DNA of 54,783 bases, from the NCBI GenBank assembly GCA_022865215.1, contig JALIDP010000002.1, positions 1 through 54,783 on the forward strand, in the 5' to 3' direction. The first letter of the stretch is position 1. Every line of letters starts with the position of its first letter. Shown here in pieces: positions 1 through 9,332 of this stretch. The notes beneath the pieces were generated by a model. The model worked only from the letters and a program-made list of their open reading frames with translations. It ran no database searches and was not told the origin of the DNA. The DNA is from Candidatus Nanohalarchaeota archaeon QJJ-7. Lineage in GTDB: Archaea > Nanohalarchaeota > Nanosalinia > Nanosalinales > Nanohalalkaliarchaeaceae. The translations under genes and the position numbers were made by a program.

Positions 1-200
1 TATACCTCGAACCCGTTCTCCGGGCGGTCGCTCATCGTATTCCGGACATAATTCCCGCCAGCTTTCACCAGCTCATTAAGGTGCTCCTCCAGCCGGTCCT
101 CAGGCCACTGAAACAGGTTATCGTCGTCTGATCCTCCTAGAAGTAGCGTGGGTTCCCCCTCCACCTCCCAGTAGAACCGGTTCCTGTCACTTATCTGCAT
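1..200 (-). CDS. Partial hypothetical protein (runs off window start), possibly glycoside-hydrolase-like
   Basis: Manual translation from ATG at 200: [74 protein letters not shown] at 226-233 lies ~26 nt upstream. The pattern resembles the N-terminus of GH TIM-barrel proteins (inference). Confidence 0.6.
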   Translation of the reverse strand, partial: MQISDRNRFYWEVEGEPTLLLGGSDDDNLFQWPEDRLEEHLNELVKAGGNYVRNTMSDRPENGFEV

Positions 201-332
201 ATAATCGAACGATAACGCGAGCTATTTATAAAGATTGTTTCAGAGAGGGTAATAGCTCGTCCGAACTGCCTCACGGCAGGAGAGCGTTTCACACGTTTTC
301 TCCTGTTATAGAGGCATCCAGCAGGTACCAAG

Positions 333-539
333 ATGGAAATTAACGCGCACAGGAAATTGAGAAAGAAGTTCGCGGAATGGAACCGCGTGCTGAAGATCAC
401 GCGGAAGCCGGATCGGGAAGAGTTCACTATGTCCGCGAAGGTTACCGGGGCCGGGATAATCATAATCGGGGCTATAGGGTTCCTGATCTACCTGGGCTCA
501 CAGCTTATAGAAATATCTATGAGAGGAGGCGGAGTCTGA
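333..539 (+). CDS. secE: Protein translocase subunit SecE/Sec61-gamma
   Basis: RVLKITRKPDREEF motif plus one TM helix; directly upstream of spt5. Confidence 0.93.
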   Translation: MEINAHRKLRKKFAEWNRVLKITRKPDREEFTMSAKVTGAGIIIIGAIGFLIYLGSQLIEISMRGGGV

Positions 540-540
540 A

Positions 541-975
541 ATGGTAATATTCACTGTAAGGACCACAAGAGGCAGAGAGAAGACCGCTATCAACGCTTTC
601 GATGCGAAGGTCGAAGGTAACGATTACGATATCAGGGCTGTTTTCTACCCGGAAGACCTCAAAGGCTACCTGTTCGTCGAGGGCAAGGAGCAGGATATCA
701 AAGATATAGCAGGAGACATGAGGCACGTTAGAGGCGTCATAGACGAAGAGGTCGACATGGAGAAGATAGAGGAGTTCCTCTCCGAGGAGCCCAAGGATAT
801 CACGATGGAGGTAGGGGACAAGGTCGAGGTCACAGGCGGGCCTTTCGAGGGAGAAGAGGCCAAGATAGAGCGTATAGACGATGCAAACCGCGAAGCAACC
901 ATAGAACTGCTGGAAGCCGCTGTGCCTATCCCGGTAACTATCAGCGTGGACCAGCTGAGGAAGAGGAGTGATTGA
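541..975 (+). CDS. spt5: Transcription elongation factor Spt5/NusG
   Basis: NGN domain (LKGYLFVE) and KOW motif (VGDKVEVTGGPFEG). Confidence 0.96.
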   Translation: MVIFTVRTTRGREKTAINAFDAKVEGNDYDIRAVFYPEDLKGYLFVEGKEQDIKDIAGDMRHVRGVIDEEVDMEKIEEFLSEEPKDITMEVGDKVEVTGGPFEGEEAKIERIDDANREATIELLEAAVPIPVTISVDQLRKRSD

Positions 976-977
976 AT

Positions 978-1667
978 ATGGGAGAAGAAACAGTCAACCT
1001 GCTGGTAGAAGGAGGTGAAGCCTCCGCAGGACCACCGCTCGGACCTACACTCGCACCTATAGAAGCCGTAGATATCAACGAGGTCGTCTCCGCTATAAAC
1101 GAGAATACCTCTGGTTTCGAGGGTATGGAGATCCCGGTCGAAGTCGTGGTGGACGACGAGACAGGAGATTTCGAGATAGATGTGGGAACACCCCCTGCCT
1201 CTGCACTCCTCAAAGAGAGGGCCGAACTGGAGGCAGGGAGTGGAGAGCCTAACAAGATAAAGCTGGCCAACCTACCTCTGAAAGATGTTATAGAGGTCGC
1301 AGACCTGAAGATGGAGGACCTGGTCGCACTAGATCTGAGAGGCGCCACCAAGGAGATACTGGGAAGCGCCCAGTCCCTGGGCTTCCTGGTCGAGGGAAAG
1401 GAGCCTATCGATATCCAGGCAGATATAGACGAAGGAAGATACGAAGAAGTCCTCAGCGGTGAGAAGGACTGGAAAGAGCTGCCCGATAAACCTGAAGGCG
1501 GTGAGATAGATACTGAGGCAGCGAGGCAGGAGCTAGAGGAACGCAGAGAGGAAAGAGAAGAAGAGGAAGAGGAGGAAGAAGAAGCAGAAGAAGGAGAGGA
1601 AGAGGAATCCGAAGAGGGCGAAGAAACTGAAGAGGAAGAAGAGACTGAAGAAGAGGTGGAAGAATGA
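978..1667 (+). CDS. rpl11: 50S ribosomal protein uL11 with Glu-rich C-terminal extension
   Basis: GGEASAGPPLGPTLAP and GTPPASALL motifs; ATG at 978. Confidence 0.96.
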   Translation: MGEETVNLLVEGGEASAGPPLGPTLAPIEAVDINEVVSAINENTSGFEGMEIPVEVVVDDETGDFEIDVGTPPASALLKERAELEAGSGEPNKIKLANLPLKDVIEVADLKMEDLVALDLRGATKEILGSAQSLGFLVEGKEPIDIQADIDEGRYEEVLSGEKDWKELPDKPEGGEIDTEAARQELEERREEREEEEEEEEEAEEGEEEESEEGEETEEEEETEEEVEE

Positions 1668-1713
1668 GGCTACCTGAAGGTTGGCTCAGAGAAGAAAACC
1701 GGAGGTTTTCGAG

Positions 1714-2340
1714 ATGAGTTTCGATGACGCTGTAGAACAGTTGAGAGAAGACGCAGAGGATAGGAACTTCACCCAGGCCGTAGACCTCGTCATCAACCTG
1801 AGAGATCTGGACCTGGATGATCCTGACAACCGGTTCTCTACAGAGATAACCCTCCCTCACAGTCGTTCCGAAGAAACGAAAGTATGTGTCATAGGAGAGA
1901 CTATCACTACAGCAGCCGATAACGCAGACCGGACTATAGATCCAGACGAGCTCGACGAGATAATGGAGGATGAAGCCACCGCGAAGGACCTTGCAGAGGA
2001 GTACGACTTCTTCATAGCTGAGGCCCCTCTGATGCCCAAGATCGGTCGAGAACTGGGTTCAGTATTCGGACCGAGGGATAAGATGCCGGAGCCGATGGAG
2101 CCCGGAGAGGACCCGACAGAACGTATAGAGGGTCTGAGGAACACTATATCTATCAGTCTGAGGGAGAGCCCCTCTATCAAGTGCAAGGTAGGAGACGAAG
2201 AGATGGAGGATTCAGAAATCGAGGATAACGCAGAGGCGGTCTATAACGCAGTGACCAACAACCTCCCGAGGAACGATCACAACGTGAAGGATGCACTCCT
2301 GAAGCTGACGATGAGCAGTCCCGTGGAGGTGGACACCTGA
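1714..2340 (+). CDS. rpl1: 50S ribosomal protein uL1
   Basis: RNFTQAVDLVINL, LGSVFGPRDKMP, KLTMS; ATG at 1714 after GGAGGT. Confidence 0.96.
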   Translation: MSFDDAVEQLREDAEDRNFTQAVDLVINLRDLDLDDPDNRFSTEITLPHSRSEETKVCVIGETITTAADNADRTIDPDELDEIMEDEATAKDLAEEYDFFIAEAPLMPKIGRELGSVFGPRDKMPEPMEPGEDPTERIEGLRNTISISLRESPSIKCKVGDEEMEDSEIEDNAEAVYNAVTNNLPRNDHNVKDALLKLTMSSPVEVDT

Positions 2341-3422
2341 TGCAGCTGACCCGGCAGGAAAAGGAAGAGATGGTGGAAAGGCTAGAGAACAAGATGGAAG
2401 ATTACCCGGTCGTGGGGATGCTCGACATGCATTCTCTCCCTGCCAGACAGCTACAGGAGATAAAGAAGGAACTGGTTGGAGAGGCAGAGATCCGGATGAC
2501 GAGGAAGACGCTGATAGATCTGGCCCTGGAAGGTGTCGAGAAGGAAAATATTGAGGAACTGGGAGAAAACGATGCTAGACAGCCGGCGCTCATATTCACT
2601 GAGAAGAACCCGTTCTCGCTTTTCAAGCTCATACAGGATAAGAAGAGCTCTGCAGCTGCCTCGGGAGGAGAAGAGGCGCCGAGCGATATAGTAGTTGAGT
2701 CAGGTATGACCGACCTCGACCCGGGACCGATGCTGGGCAAGATCCAGGAGATCGGGGCAGGCACTTCAGTTGAGGACGGCAAGATAAAGGTGGAGAACGA
2801 CGCAGTCGCTGTTGAGGCAGGAGAAGTTATAGATTCTGACACCGCAGAGATTCTCAACGCGCTCGATATGGAGCCTCTGGAGGTTGGTCTCGACCTCAAA
2901 CTGGTGTACGAGAACGGTGAAGTGTTCGACAGAGGGGTACTTGAGATAGATACCGATGAGTACAGGGAGAAGATCGAAATGGCCACGGGCCAGGCGTTCA
3001 ACCTGGCGGTCAACGCAGGCCACCTCACCGACAGGACCGCGCCCTCAGTCGTATCAACCGCGGTATCCGATGCACTTGCACTAGCAATCAACGCAGGGAT
3101 CCTGGTTGATGAAGTGGTTGAGGACGTGGTGAGGAAGGCCGCTGGCACAGCTTCCTCTGTGGATGCAGAACTCGACCTCGAAAGCATTGACATGGGTGGA
3201 GATGAGGGGGCAACCGAAGAAGAGCCAGATGAAGAAAATGAAACAGGTGAAGATGTCGAAGAAGACGTAGAAGATGAGGGAGATACGGAAGAAGAGGAGG
3301 CCGAAGACAAAAAGGAAGAAGAAACAGAAGAGGATGTAGACGCGGAGGAAGAACAGGAAGAGGAGGATGAAGATAATGATGCTGAGGAAACAGAGGATAA
3401 TGATGAAAAGGAGGTGAACTAG
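2340..3422 (+). CDS. rpl10: 50S ribosomal protein uL10 (P0) with long acidic tail
   Basis: [21 protein letters not shown]-x-GG-x-AP-x-DI motifs; operon position. Confidence 0.96.
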   Translation: MQLTRQEKEEMVERLENKMEDYPVVGMLDMHSLPARQLQEIKKELVGEAEIRMTRKTLIDLALEGVEKENIEELGENDARQPALIFTEKNPFSLFKLIQDKKSSAAASGGEEAPSDIVVESGMTDLDPGPMLGKIQEIGAGTSVEDGKIKVENDAVAVEAGEVIDSDTAEILNALDMEPLEVGLDLKLVYENGEVFDRGVLEIDTDEYREKIEMATGQAFNLAVNAGHLTDRTAPSVVSTAVSDALALAINAGILVDEVVEDVVRKAAGTASSVDAELDLESIDMGGDEGATEEEPDEENETGEDVEEDVEDEGDTEEEEAEDKKEEETEEDVDAEEEQEEEDEDNDAEETEDNDEKEVN

Positions 3423-3423
3423 A

Positions 3424-3750
3424 ATGGAGCTCGTCTACGCAGCGCTTCTGCTTCACGAGGCAGGCGAAGAAGTCAACGAAGACAACCTCGAAGGAGTGAT
3501 GGACGGAGCAGGTATCGAGGTGGATTCCTCCCAGGTCAAGGCAACTGTCGCCGCCCTAGAGGATGTCAATCTCGAGGAAGCGATGGAACAGCCTGCTGCA
3601 GCGCCTGCAGCCGCTCCCGCCACTTCAGGCGGAGAGGAAGCGTCAGAAGAAGCTGCCGAGGAAGAATCCGCAGAGGAAGAAGCAGCGGATGAACAGGCAG
3701 ACGAAGAAGCAGAAGAAGCTGCCGAGGAGGGTCTCGGACAGCTTTTCTAA
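3424..3750 (+). CDS. rpl12: Ribosomal stalk protein aP1 (L12)
   Basis: [12 protein letters not shown]-terminus, Ala-rich hinge, C-terminal GLGQLF. Confidence 0.97.
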   Translation: MELVYAALLLHEAGEEVNEDNLEGVMDGAGIEVDSSQVKATVAALEDVNLEEAMEQPAAAPAAAPATSGGEEASEEAAEEESAEEEAADEQADEEAEEAAEEGLGQLF

Positions 3751-3755
3751 AATCC

Positions 3756-3797
3756 GAGGTCTCCAGAGTCTCTTCTTTGGAGACCTCCACCTTTTTC
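3756..3797 (+). terminator. Hairpin plus T-run after rpl12
   Basis: GAGGTCTCCAGAG (3756-3768) pairs with CTTTGGAGACCTC (3775-3787) and is followed by CACCTTTTT. Confidence 0.6.
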
Positions 3798-3889
3798 CAT
3801 ATCACTTTCTCCGTGGAATAAATCAAATGAGTCTCTGGAAGCTTGAAAAGAAGGCATGTTTTTAAATCAGGGAATATCTATAGAGAGCA

Positions 3890-4198
3890 ATGGTCGAACA
3901 GAGAAACCCTATACTTGTAGTCCTGTTTACCCTGATCACCCTAGGTGTCTATGGGATCTACTGGTTCTACATGACCAGCCAGGAGCTCATAGAGGAGACT
4001 GGACAGGATTCTAGCGCGGTCCTCTGGCTTATAGGCCTTCTTATCCCTCTTGTCAACTTCTTGGTGATCTGGAAGTATACTGCTGCGGTAGAGAACGCAT
4101 CAGGAGAACACAGCGGTCCGCTGCTGTTCGTTCTCTGGGTAGTTTTCATGCCCGCCGCGCAGTACCTGGTCCAGTCCGATATCAACGCTCTGGGATGA
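3890..4198 (+). CDS. Small membrane protein, DUF4234-like
   Basis: TLITLGVYGIYWFY motif; three hydrophobic segments. Confidence 0.75.
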   Translation: MVEQRNPILVVLFTLITLGVYGIYWFYMTSQELIEETGQDSSAVLWLIGLLIPLVNFLVIWKYTAAVENASGEHSGPLLFVLWVVFMPAAQYLVQSDINALG

Positions 4199-4268
4199 AC
4201 AGGGGAGAAAAGGTTTAACCGGATATAATTAAAGAGCTTTAGCTCTTAAATACTCTCAGATTCGGACG

Positions 4269-7043
4269 ATGCCTTCCCTAGAAGATCTTAAAGAAGAGGT
4301 TCAGGAAGAAGCCAGCGATAACCCGGAGAAGTTCTTCGCTGTGGACGAGATAAAGAAAGAAGGGTTCTCCCGCAACACCTGTTCCAATTGTGGAATCAAG
4401 TTCTGGTCCCAGGATCCGGATAGAGAGGTCTGCGGAGAGCCGGACTGTTCGGGGGGCTACCAGTTCATCGGCGACTCTCCCGCAGAGAAGACTTTCGATG
4501 TTGTATCGGCGTGGGAGGAGTTCTCAGAATTCATCGAGGACCGTGGTTACGAAGCTATAGACCGTTACCCGGTTGCAGCAAGGTGGAGAGACGATACAGA
4601 GGTCGTGAGAGCGAGTATCTACGACTTCCAACCCTACGTTGTCTCGGGCGAGATAGATCCGCCAGCCAATCCTCTGGCTGTGCCGCAGTTCTGTTTCCGG
4701 AGCAACGATATCGACAACGTTGGGATCACGGGAAGGCACTACACCGGTTTCGTCATGGTCGGCCAGCATGCATTCACGGATCCTGAAGATTACGAGCAGT
4801 CGAAGTATTTCAGGGATATGCTGGACTGGATAGTTGAAGGCATGGGTATACCGAAAGGAGAGATAATCCTCCATGAAGACTCCTGGGGTGGCGGAGGGAA
4901 TCTTGGAGCGTGCATGGAATTCTTCGTCGGCGGCCTTGAACTCTTCAACCAGGTATATATGTTCTACGAGATTGACGGATCTGAAAAGGGATACAGCGAG
5001 CTCGATACAAAAGTTCTGGACATGGGGATGGGTCTGAACCGTATCGTATGGATAACCCACGGTTCAGAGACATCGTACGAAGCTAACATGTGGGAAGTCG
5101 TGGAGAGGCTCTATGAACGTACCGGCGTGGAGCCGGACCGTGATATCTGGGAGAAGTTTCTCCCTTACTCAGGGCATCTCAACCTGGACGAGGTCGACGA
5201 TATCGAGGAGACCTGGGATTTCATAGCGGACGAGATAAACGTTCCTGTGGATGAGATCAAGGATGAGGTCCTGCCCGCCGCCCATCTATACGCGATAGCC
5301 GATCATACGAGGACCCTTCTCCTAGCTCTTAACGATGGTCTTCTTCCCTCCAACAAGGGCGAGAGACATTCGCTAAGAGTCATGGCGCGGAGATGTTTCC
5401 AGTTCATAGAACAGCACGACTGGGATCTGGAACTGGAGGAGGTTCTTGACTGGCATGCCGAAGAGTTCGGTGAACTCTACCCTGAGATAAAGGAGAACAT
5501 TGAAGATATCAAGGACATCGTCCGGTATGAAGAAGAGAAGTACCTGGAGATGAAGGAGGAGGCTAAAAGAATTATAGAGGACGTTGGAGATGTCAGTCAA
5601 GATGAACTTGTCGAACTGTACGATTCTAAAGGTATAACTCCTGAGATGCTCCATAGGCACGGAGTGGAAGTCGAGGTACCGTCCAATTTCTACCAGATGG
5701 TCGCCAAGAGGCACAGCGAGGAAGACAGGGTAGAGAAAAAAGAAGAGGAATACGATATCGAAGGTTTGGAGGAGACAGAGCCTCTCTATTACGAGGACGA
5801 GCACCTGCAGGAATTCGAGGCCGAGGTCGTCAAAGTTATGGATGGTTCCCTGGTTCTCGACAGGACCGCTTTCTACCCTACCGGGGGCGGACAGGAACAC
5901 GACACAGGGATTATAGACGGTATAGAAGTCGTTGAGGTGGAGAAAGAGGACGGAGTTATAATCCACGATATAGAGCCTGAAGATGGACAGGACTTGCCTG
6001 GAGAAGGAGAGACAGTAGAGGGAGAGATAGACTGGGAGAGGAGAAGCAGACTTATGCACCACCACACCGCTACACACGTGATCAACGGTGCTGCGAGAGA
6101 GATCCTGGGGAACCATGTCTGGCAGGAGGGGGCCCACAAGTCCGAGGAGAAAGGCAGGCTGGATATCAGCCACTACGAGAAGCTGGACCAGGACGTCCTG
6201 GAAACAATCCAGAAAGAAGCTAATCGGGTAGTAGAGGAAGGACGGAACGTTGAGAAGAAGAGGATGGAAAGGACGAAGGCGGAGAAAGAGTACGGTTTCA
6301 GGCTTTACCAGGGTGGGGCGGTCCCAGGAAACAATCTCAGAGTGGTGGACATCGAGGACTGGGACGCCGAGGCCTGTGGAGGCACTCACGTGGATGGGAC
6401 TGGCGAGATCGGCAAGATAATCGTCACCGGCTCGAAGAAAATTCAGGACGGGACTATCAGGATAGAGTACGTGGCTGGAGAGGCTGCAAAAGAGTACGAG
6501 GAGGAGAGAGAACTCGTGGAAGAACAGGTCAGCGAATACCTGGAAACGGAACGGCCATTAATAGATATCGCGGATATATTTTCGGTCGAGGTCGAACAGC
6601 TGCCGAGAGTGGTGGAGAGGTTCGTGGAAGAGTGGGAGGAGCGCAAGCAGGAGATATATAATCTGAAAGAAGAAGTTGGAGAAGGACCTTCATACGGGGA
6701 GAGACCTCGCGATCCAGAGGAACTTTTCGATGAATGGAAACAGATGGAGAAGGATATCTCGTCCCTCCAGGACGAGCTGGAGGAGAAGATCAAGGAGGAT
6801 CTGAAGGAGGGTGAGGGATTCATGGAGAAATATATAGATACAGAAGACGTCGGGATGCTGATAAGGATAGCCAGAGACCTTGTGGACGAAGAACCGGAGA
6901 AATCTGTTCTCCTGGTCGGGAACAATGCTGCAGTGGCTGCCTCAGGAGATGATAGCGGTGTGAACGCCAGCGAGAAGGTGGGAGAAGTCGCGGATACTGT
7001 TCAGGGAGACGCGAGCTTTGCGAAAGGGTTCGAACTTCGTTAA
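4269..7043 (+). CDS. alaS: Alanine--tRNA ligase (archaeal type)
   Basis: N-terminal CxxC...CxxxxC, NVGITGRHYTGF, DMGMGL, editing motifs HHTATH and ACGGTH. Confidence 0.97.
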   Translation: MPSLEDLKEEVQEEASDNPEKFFAVDEIKKEGFSRNTCSNCGIKFWSQDPDREVCGEPDCSGGYQFIGDSPAEKTFDVVSAWEEFSEFIEDRGYEAIDRYPVAARWRDDTEVVRASIYDFQPYVVSGEIDPPANPLAVPQFCFRSNDIDNVGITGRHYTGFVMVGQHAFTDPEDYEQSKYFRDMLDWIVEGMGIPKGEIILHEDSWGGGGNLGACMEFFVGGLELFNQVYMFYEIDGSEKGYSELDTKVLDMGMGLNRIVWITHGSETSYEANMWEVVERLYERTGVEPDRDIWEKFLPYSGHLNLDEVDDIEETWDFIADEINVPVDEIKDEVLPAAHLYAIADHTRTLLLALNDGLLPSNKGERHSLRVMARRCFQFIEQHDWDLELEEVLDWHAEEFGELYPEIKENIEDIKDIVRYEEEKYLEMKEEAKRIIEDVGDVSQDELVELYDSKGITPEMLHRHGVEVEVPSNFYQMVAKRHSEEDRVEKKEEEYDIEGLEETEPLYYEDEHLQEFEAEVVKVMDGSLVLDRTAFYPTGGGQEHDTGIIDGIEVVEVEKEDGVIIHDIEPEDGQDLPGEGETVEGEIDWERRSRLMHHHTATHVINGAAREILGNHVWQEGAHKSEEKGRLDISHYEKLDQDVLETIQKEANRVVEEGRNVEKKRMERTKAEKEYGFRLYQGGAVPGNNLRVVDIEDWDAEACGGTHVDGTGEIGKIIVTGSKKIQDGTIRIEYVAGEAAKEYEEERELVEEQVSEYLETERPLIDIADIFSVEVEQLPRVVERFVEEWEERKQEIYNLKEEVGEGPSYGERPRDPEELFDEWKQMEKDISSLQDELEEKIKEDLKEGEGFMEKYIDTEDVGMLIRIARDLVDEEPEKSVLLVGNNAAVAASGDDSGVNASEKVGEVADTVQGDASFAKGFELR

Positions 7044-7077
7044 GGTTTAAAGTCTACGGCCCGAGGTTCTCTTCACA

Positions 7078-7473
7078 ATGATAGTAGGATTTTCCATCAC
7101 CAGGATGGAGGCAGAGAAGGACGAGATGAAAGGCGGGGATACAAACGTCAACTACCGTTCCAGCCTGACGGAAGTGGAAGAAGCAACTGTTTCCTCTATA
7201 GAGGAGGACATCGCCAGGATCTCGTTCGAACTCGGTATCGAGTATCAACAGGACGATGAAGAAGTCGCTGAGATGCAGTTCGAGGGAAGAGTCCTGTGGC
7301 AGGGTGACGCCGGCGAGGTCATCGAGAACTGGGACGAGAACGAGGATATCGAAGAGGACGTCGCGGCCACGGTCACCAACCACGTCTACAGGAAATGCCT
7401 CACCCGCGCGGTAGGCATGGCAGACGCTCTCGAGCTTCCTTCGCCTGTACCCATGCCTCGAGTGAACCGGTGA
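7078..7473 (+). CDS. Conserved archaeal hypothetical protein, possible SecB-like fold
   Basis: Beta-rich N-half and C-terminal helix-LPSPVPMP, reminiscent of archaeal SecB-like proteins (inference). Confidence 0.55.
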   Translation: MIVGFSITRMEAEKDEMKGGDTNVNYRSSLTEVEEATVSSIEEDIARISFELGIEYQQDDEEVAEMQFEGRVLWQGDAGEVIENWDENEDIEEDVAATVTNHVYRKCLTRAVGMADALELPSPVPMPRVNR

Positions 7474-7477
7474 CAGG

Positions 7478-7936
7478 ATGCTCAAGAAGTCAGGATTGGT
7501 CATTTTGATCGGAGTAATCCTGGCTTTATTTTTCCAGCACACTCTTCCAGAAAATACCGCCACAGTGGCCACACCGGAAGGAGATCTAGAAGTAGAGGTG
7601 GCTGAAAGCCCGGCAGAGCAACGGGAAGGGTTGATGAACCGTTCGGAAGTTCCACTAGACGGTCTTCTCTTCGTCTACGATCAACCCTCCGAACTCGTAT
7701 TCTGGATGAAGGACACGTCCATACCTCTAGATATCGTTTTCCTGGACCGCAACTTTACGGTCCTCAACGTCGAGAGCGCGGATCCGGAAACCGGGGTTCC
7801 GCCTGAAGATCTGGAGAAATACCGTAGTTCGGGTCTTGCGCTCTACGCACTCGAGATCCCTCAAGGTAAAGCGAGGGAACTCGGTCTGGAACCGGGAGTA
7901 GAGACTGAGGTAGAGATAGACCAGGGACTGATATAA
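7478..7936 (+). CDS. DUF192 family protein with N-terminal membrane anchor
   Basis: EVAESP..REGLM, GLLFVY, FWMKDTSIPLDIVFLD, YALE. Confidence 0.92.
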   Translation: MLKKSGLVILIGVILALFFQHTLPENTATVATPEGDLEVEVAESPAEQREGLMNRSEVPLDGLLFVYDQPSELVFWMKDTSIPLDIVFLDRNFTVLNVESADPETGVPPEDLEKYRSSGLALYALEIPQGKARELGLEPGVETEVEIDQGLI

Positions 7937-7959
7937 GACTGGGAACACAAATTTTCTGT

Positions 7960-9291
7960 ATGAAAAAGATAGCTATCCTAGGGGCTGCAGGCAGAGACTA
8001 CCACGACTTCCTAACTGTCTTCAGGGATGCCGAAGACGTGTATTTGAAAGCGTTCCTCCAGATAGAGGGACAGAATATAGGTGAGCTAGATGAATTCCCG
8101 GAGAGGACCTTTCCCTCCTCTCTCGCAGGTGAAAGATACCCTGAAGGAATTCCTATCTTACCTGAGACAGAGATGGAGAGGCTGGTGAAGGAAGAAGGAC
8201 TGGACGAGATAGTCCTCTCCTACTCGGACGTATCTCACGAGGAAGTGATGCACCAGGCCTCCCGGGCATTATCCAACGGTTGCAGCTTCCGTCTTATCGG
8301 CCCTGATGAGATGATGCTGGAGAGCGAGAAACCTGTCATAGCTGTAGACGCTGTTAGGACAGGGACAGGTAAGTCCCAGGCCTCGCAGAAGATCGCCGAT
8401 ATACTGGATGAAGAAGGGAAAGACGTTGTCGTAGTACGTGAACCTATGCCTTACGGGGACCTTGAGGAACAGGCAGTCCAGAGGTTCGGGTCGGAAGAGG
8501 AGCTGGAAGAAGCTGGTGTAACCCTGGAAGAACGTGAAGAATACGAAAGGCACCTGGAGAGAGGCCATGTAGTATACGCAGGGGTGGACTACGAGGAGAT
8601 CTTGAAACAGGTGGAAGAGGAAGCAGACGTTATCCTCTGGGAAGGAGGAAACAACGAATTACCGTTCTTCCGTCCTGACATTCACTTCGTACTGGTCGAT
8701 CCTCACAGACCTGGAGACGAGGTTTCCTACCATCCAGGGGAGACCAACCTCAGAATCGCGGACTACGTCATCGTGAACAAGGAGAACACTGCAACAGACG
8801 ATGATATCCAGACTGTGGTGGAGAACGTGGAGAGGGTGAACCCTGAAGCGGAGATAATCCACGCAGATTCCGTGGTTTCTGTAGAAAAACCTGAGGAACT
8901 GGAGGGGAAAAGTGCTCTTGTCGTGGAGGACGGACCTACTTTGACCCATGGCGGCACAAGTTACGGGGCAGGATACATCGCGGCCGAGAAATACAGTGCC
9001 TCCGAGATAGTGGATCCTGGAGAGAGCGCATCAGGTAGTCTCAGGGAGGTCCTGGACAGATATGATCTGGAGAAGGTCCTTCCCGCGATGGGATATAGTG
9101 AGAAACAGCGGGAGGAGCTGGAAGAGAGTATCAACCGTTCGGACTCTGACGTGGTTATCGCAGGTACCCCTGTCGACCTCAATAAGGTTGTCGATGTAGA
9201 AAAACCGGTTATACAGGCCCTTTACCGTATAGAAGGGGAACCTCCTCTCTCAAAAGTACTTGAAGATAATTCCAGCATCTTTAACCGGTAG
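7960..9291 (+). CDS. Cyclic 2,3-diphosphoglycerate synthetase-like P-loop NTPase
   Basis: GAAGRDYH, AVRTGTGKSQ, PMPYGDL, WEGGNNELPF, EDGPTLTHG, LPAMGY. Confidence 0.85.
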   Translation: MKKIAILGAAGRDYHDFLTVFRDAEDVYLKAFLQIEGQNIGELDEFPERTFPSSLAGERYPEGIPILPETEMERLVKEEGLDEIVLSYSDVSHEEVMHQASRALSNGCSFRLIGPDEMMLESEKPVIAVDAVRTGTGKSQASQKIADILDEEGKDVVVVREPMPYGDLEEQAVQRFGSEEELEEAGVTLEEREEYERHLERGHVVYAGVDYEEILKQVEEEADVILWEGGNNELPFFRPDIHFVLVDPHRPGDEVSYHPGETNLRIADYVIVNKENTATDDDIQTVVENVERVNPEAEIIHADSVVSVEKPEELEGKSALVVEDGPTLTHGGTSYGAGYIAAEKYSASEIVDPGESASGSLREVLDRYDLEKVLPAMGYSEKQREELEESINRSDSDVVIAGTPVDLNKVVDVEKPVIQALYRIEGEPPLSKVLEDNSSIFNR

Positions 9292-9332
9292 ATATGCGGT
9301 AGATTTATTGGTGCGGGGTATAACAGGTAGTT

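Noticed and set aside
1530..1665. GAA/GAG-rich simple repeats (also ~3210-3420)
   Set aside because: They encode acidic protein tails and are not independent DNA repeats
2402..3310. Long Ser-rich antisense ORFs (also 5373-6389, 9305-10018, 15138-15833, 34064-34756 and others)
   Set aside because: Shadow frames of Glu/Asp-rich genes; they overlap confident genes and carry no motifs
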